Virus record (IMG/VR): IMGVR_UViG_2534682222_000010
Span: 1-7,832 of that record
Source of the DNA: a virus
Lineage: Duplodnaviria > Heunggongvirae > Uroviricota > Caudoviricetes
Length of the DNA stretch: 7,832 bases
Direction: 5' to 3' (one strand)
Shown here: piece by piece, positions 5,901 through 7,832 of the stretch
Position numbering within the stretch: the first letter of the stretch is position 1
How the letters are laid out: every line of letters begins with the position of its first letter
Notes under the pieces: generated by a model
What the model was told of the DNA's origin: nothing
The model's database searches: none
What the model saw: the letters and a program-made list of their open reading frames with translations, nothing else
Program-made: the position numbers and the translations under genes

Positions 5901-6919
5901 TTTGTCTTAACCGCCTCCGCCGGGTATGCCTCAATCACCGTGATCCACGCCTCTGCTGTCGGCTGCCTGCTGTTACCCAGCAACCTCACCGACTGAACGA
6001 CAAATTCGCCGTTAAACGCTGAGTCATCGCGAAACTGCGAGTAAGAGGATGCCTGAATCATCGGCCTGGCCTTTTCCGGCATCAGGATGTGATCGCCGGT
6101 CTGAAGGTCAGCGCGCATAACGCAGATGACGCTGACGACACCAAAGCTGATCCACGTTGGCTGACCTATCAGGTCATTGAAATTTATCTGGACAGGGTTT
6201 TTGCTCCTTCCCGTCGCGCTGGTTTTTGAACCCTGATCCGGGTGGTTGGCGTAGTCGTTATCCCACACCCGGATTTCGTTGCCATTGACCACGGCAATTT
6301 CCACCCCCGTATAGCCGGGGTCTTTGATGCGGGATAGCGAAAACGCCCTCAGGTTTTTTGCCAGCTCAGTGAGGGAGCCGCAAAACATGGGGCGATCGTA
6401 ATTCAGCGTCAGCCTGTCGCTGATGCTTATGTTCGGTGTAAATCCCCCCATCGTCATGACACATTGTGTCAGTGCTACGGAGAGTTTCTGCCCCATAGAC
6501 CATGGCATTGTCAGCTGGAGAGGAACCATTTGCCCGCGGGTTGTGGTGTTAACTGGACCAGAAACAATGATAAAATCAAGACGCATTTCTGTTCCTTGCC
6601 AGTTTCCGAATACCTGAAACACATAACCCTCAATAGCTAACTTTTTATTCCCCACGCCCGCCAGTGGGAGCCCTTTTGACATGCCAACAAAGATCTGAAT
6701 TTTTTTGCCATAGAGGTTCTGCCTTGCCTGCTGCATTTCTCTCGGCCCAATCCCCCATATTGTTAAATGGGTTTCACCCTGCGGGGTAGACTCTCCGAAC
6801 CTGAGAATGTCAAATTCAACCATCAAGGCGCCAGGGTTGTACGCTCCATTTTTATGACTGGAGTAGTGCTGGATGACTTTATCATTGCTATCAAGAATGT
6901 TTATCTCGTAATAACGCAT
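5897..6919 (-). CDS. Baseplate hub-like protein (Mu gp44/P-like position), 340 aa
   Basis: Track ORF; ATG at 6919..6917 shares one nucleotide with the upstream TGA (TGATG). Size and position immediately upstream of the spike-like gene fit a baseplate hub. Positional inference. Confidence 0.4.
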   Translation of the reverse strand: MRYYEINILDSNDKVIQHYSSHKNGAYNPGALMVEFDILRFGESTPQGETHLTIWGIGPREMQQARQNLYGKKIQIFVGMSKGLPLAGVGNKKLAIEGYVFQVFGNWQGTEMRLDFIIVSGPVNTTTRGQMVPLQLTMPWSMGQKLSVALTQCVMTMGGFTPNISISDRLTLNYDRPMFCGSLTELAKNLRAFSLSRIKDPGYTGVEIAVVNGNEIRVWDNDYANHPDQGSKTSATGRSKNPVQINFNDLIGQPTWISFGVVSVICVMRADLQTGDHILMPEKARPMIQASSYSQFRDDSAFNGEFVVQSVRLLGNSRQPTAEAWITVIEAYPAEAVKTK

Positions 6920-7194
6920 CAGCTTTTTACCTCAATCTGCCCGTTCTTTTCGCGCCAGATCATGGTCGTCGATGAGAAAACTCCACTTAAAAGGTTTATC
7001 CCCCCAGCAGATGTTGAACCTACGACGGCGGTATTCATGACCGTGTTGTCAGAACTATCAGTGATCAGCAGGTACCAACGCTGTGCGGCGATGTTCCACT
7101 TCATCTGGCAGGTATAAACGTTCCCGTCAAGAATTGGTGAGAACGTCACGCTACGCTGCTCTCTTCCAGTAAATGGATAATTGACGGTACTCAT
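6919..7194 (-). CDS. Hypothetical phage structural-module protein (91 aa)
   Basis: Track ORF; ATG at 7194..7192 overlaps the upstream stop (ATGA) and its stop overlaps the next start, so it is almost certainly translated as part of the operon. No family recognised. Confidence 0.45.
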   Translation of the reverse strand: MSTVNYPFTGREQRSVTFSPILDGNVYTCQMKWNIAAQRWYLLITDSSDNTVMNTAVVGSTSAGGINLLSGVFSSTTMIWREKNGQIEVKS

Positions 7195-7832
7195 ATCCCG
7201 AACGCCCCCTGGAGTTTACCTATCAGTCCAATTACCCCCTCCGCACTACTTGCTACTGCTCCACCTAGGGCGGTATTGCCAAGAGCTGATGCCGTATTTG
7301 TCCATGATGGTGCCTTATTAGGATCCCCGGCATCTATTCTCTTGAGGAAGTTGGTAACTGCTCTGTCAGCATCATTGGTGGTAATAAGTGGCTGCTCGAA
7401 ATCCCAGAGCCAGGACCGCTGAGGAAGCGGATCATTACCGGATGAGTTGTCCTTAACCGTTTTCAGGATGCAGTTGTTGTAGATAATTGACGGCGTGGCC
7501 ACGATGTAAGTCCCGCCCAGGTTGGCATGCGCCTGAAGCACCGCCTGCAGCGCGCTCAGTGTTACCAGTTTGGTCATAGCGCCAGTATTCTCGTTCACTG
7601 GCGCATCCATCATCAGGCTGACCCTCAGCGGCTGAGCCAGAAGCGCGTTGGCCGCGACGGTCTGGTTAGCGAATGGGTATTTAGCGATGTCATAGTCGAC
7701 CATCGTTGCGCCCTGAACAGGACGCCAGTGACAGAAATATTTATCCAGATCGGTAAGGTTGATTGCTCCTCCGATCAGCCCGGTTACAAAGCTGGCGCTC
7801 TGGGTTAGTGCCACTATGGGCAGCATGCCGCC
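7191..7832 (-). CDS. Phage tail/baseplate-associated protein, partial (upstream part probably outside window)
   Basis: Track ORF 7191..7826 (211 aa from the first ATG), but the frame stays open through the last two codons to the window end at 7832, so the true start may lie beyond the window. Gly/Ala-rich C-terminus. Positionally equivalent to a DNA-circulation or tape-measure-adjacent protein; unverified. Confidence 0.45.
   Translation of the reverse strand, partial: GGMLPIVALTQSASFVTGLIGGAINLTDLDKYFCHWRPVQGATMVDYDIAKYPFANQTVAANALLAQPLRVSLMMDAPVNENTGAMTKLVTLSALQAVLQAHANLGGTYIVATPSIIYNNCILKTVKDNSSGNDPLPQRSWLWDFEQPLITTNDADRAVTNFLKRIDAGDPNKAPSWTNTASALGNTALGGAVASSAEGVIGLIGKLQGAFGI

Noticed and set aside
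3683-7808. Plus-strand track ORFs 3683..3877, 3813..4106, 5317..5508, 5692..5910, 5748..5996, 6423..6617, 6767..7117, 7527..7808 and minus-strand 5594..5836
   Set aside because: All lie inside the long, tightly coupled minus-strand baseplate genes, on the opposite strand or in alternate frames, and are short. No independent support.
1-7832. CRISPR arrays, tRNA or rRNA genes, integrase or transposase, attachment sites
   Set aside because: No regularly spaced repeats, no cloverleaf-compatible segments, and no recombinase-like ORFs were seen on either strand. The only repeats are the two operator copies and the terminator stems.

Overview
This window reads as an enterobacterial-type prophage late region, almost entirely on the minus strand. 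From the right edge leftwards there is a tightly translationally coupled contractile-tail baseplate operon: a partial upstream gene, a 91-aa gene, a hub-like 340-aa gene, a central-spike-like 238-aa gene, a 110-aa gene, a baseplate-J-like 472-aa gene and a DUF2612/gpI-like gene. Downstream of it, and separating it from the tail-fibre gene (which starts at 484 and runs off the left edge), is a ~2.2 kb accessory insert. The insert holds an AT-rich gene for a small exported protein of unknown function and a complete P22 immI-like module: a divergent Mnt-like ribbon-helix-helix repressor, two identical 13-bp palindromic operators in a divergent promoter region, a 53-aa Arc homologue that the ORF track missed, an Ant antirepressor, and a candidate sar-like antisense RNA over the ant ribosome-binding site. 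Intrinsic terminators bracket the module. The most novel-looking element is the AT-rich exported-protein gene, which sits where P22 carries sieA. All protein-family calls rest on hand translation and my recollection of those families; no database search was possible.
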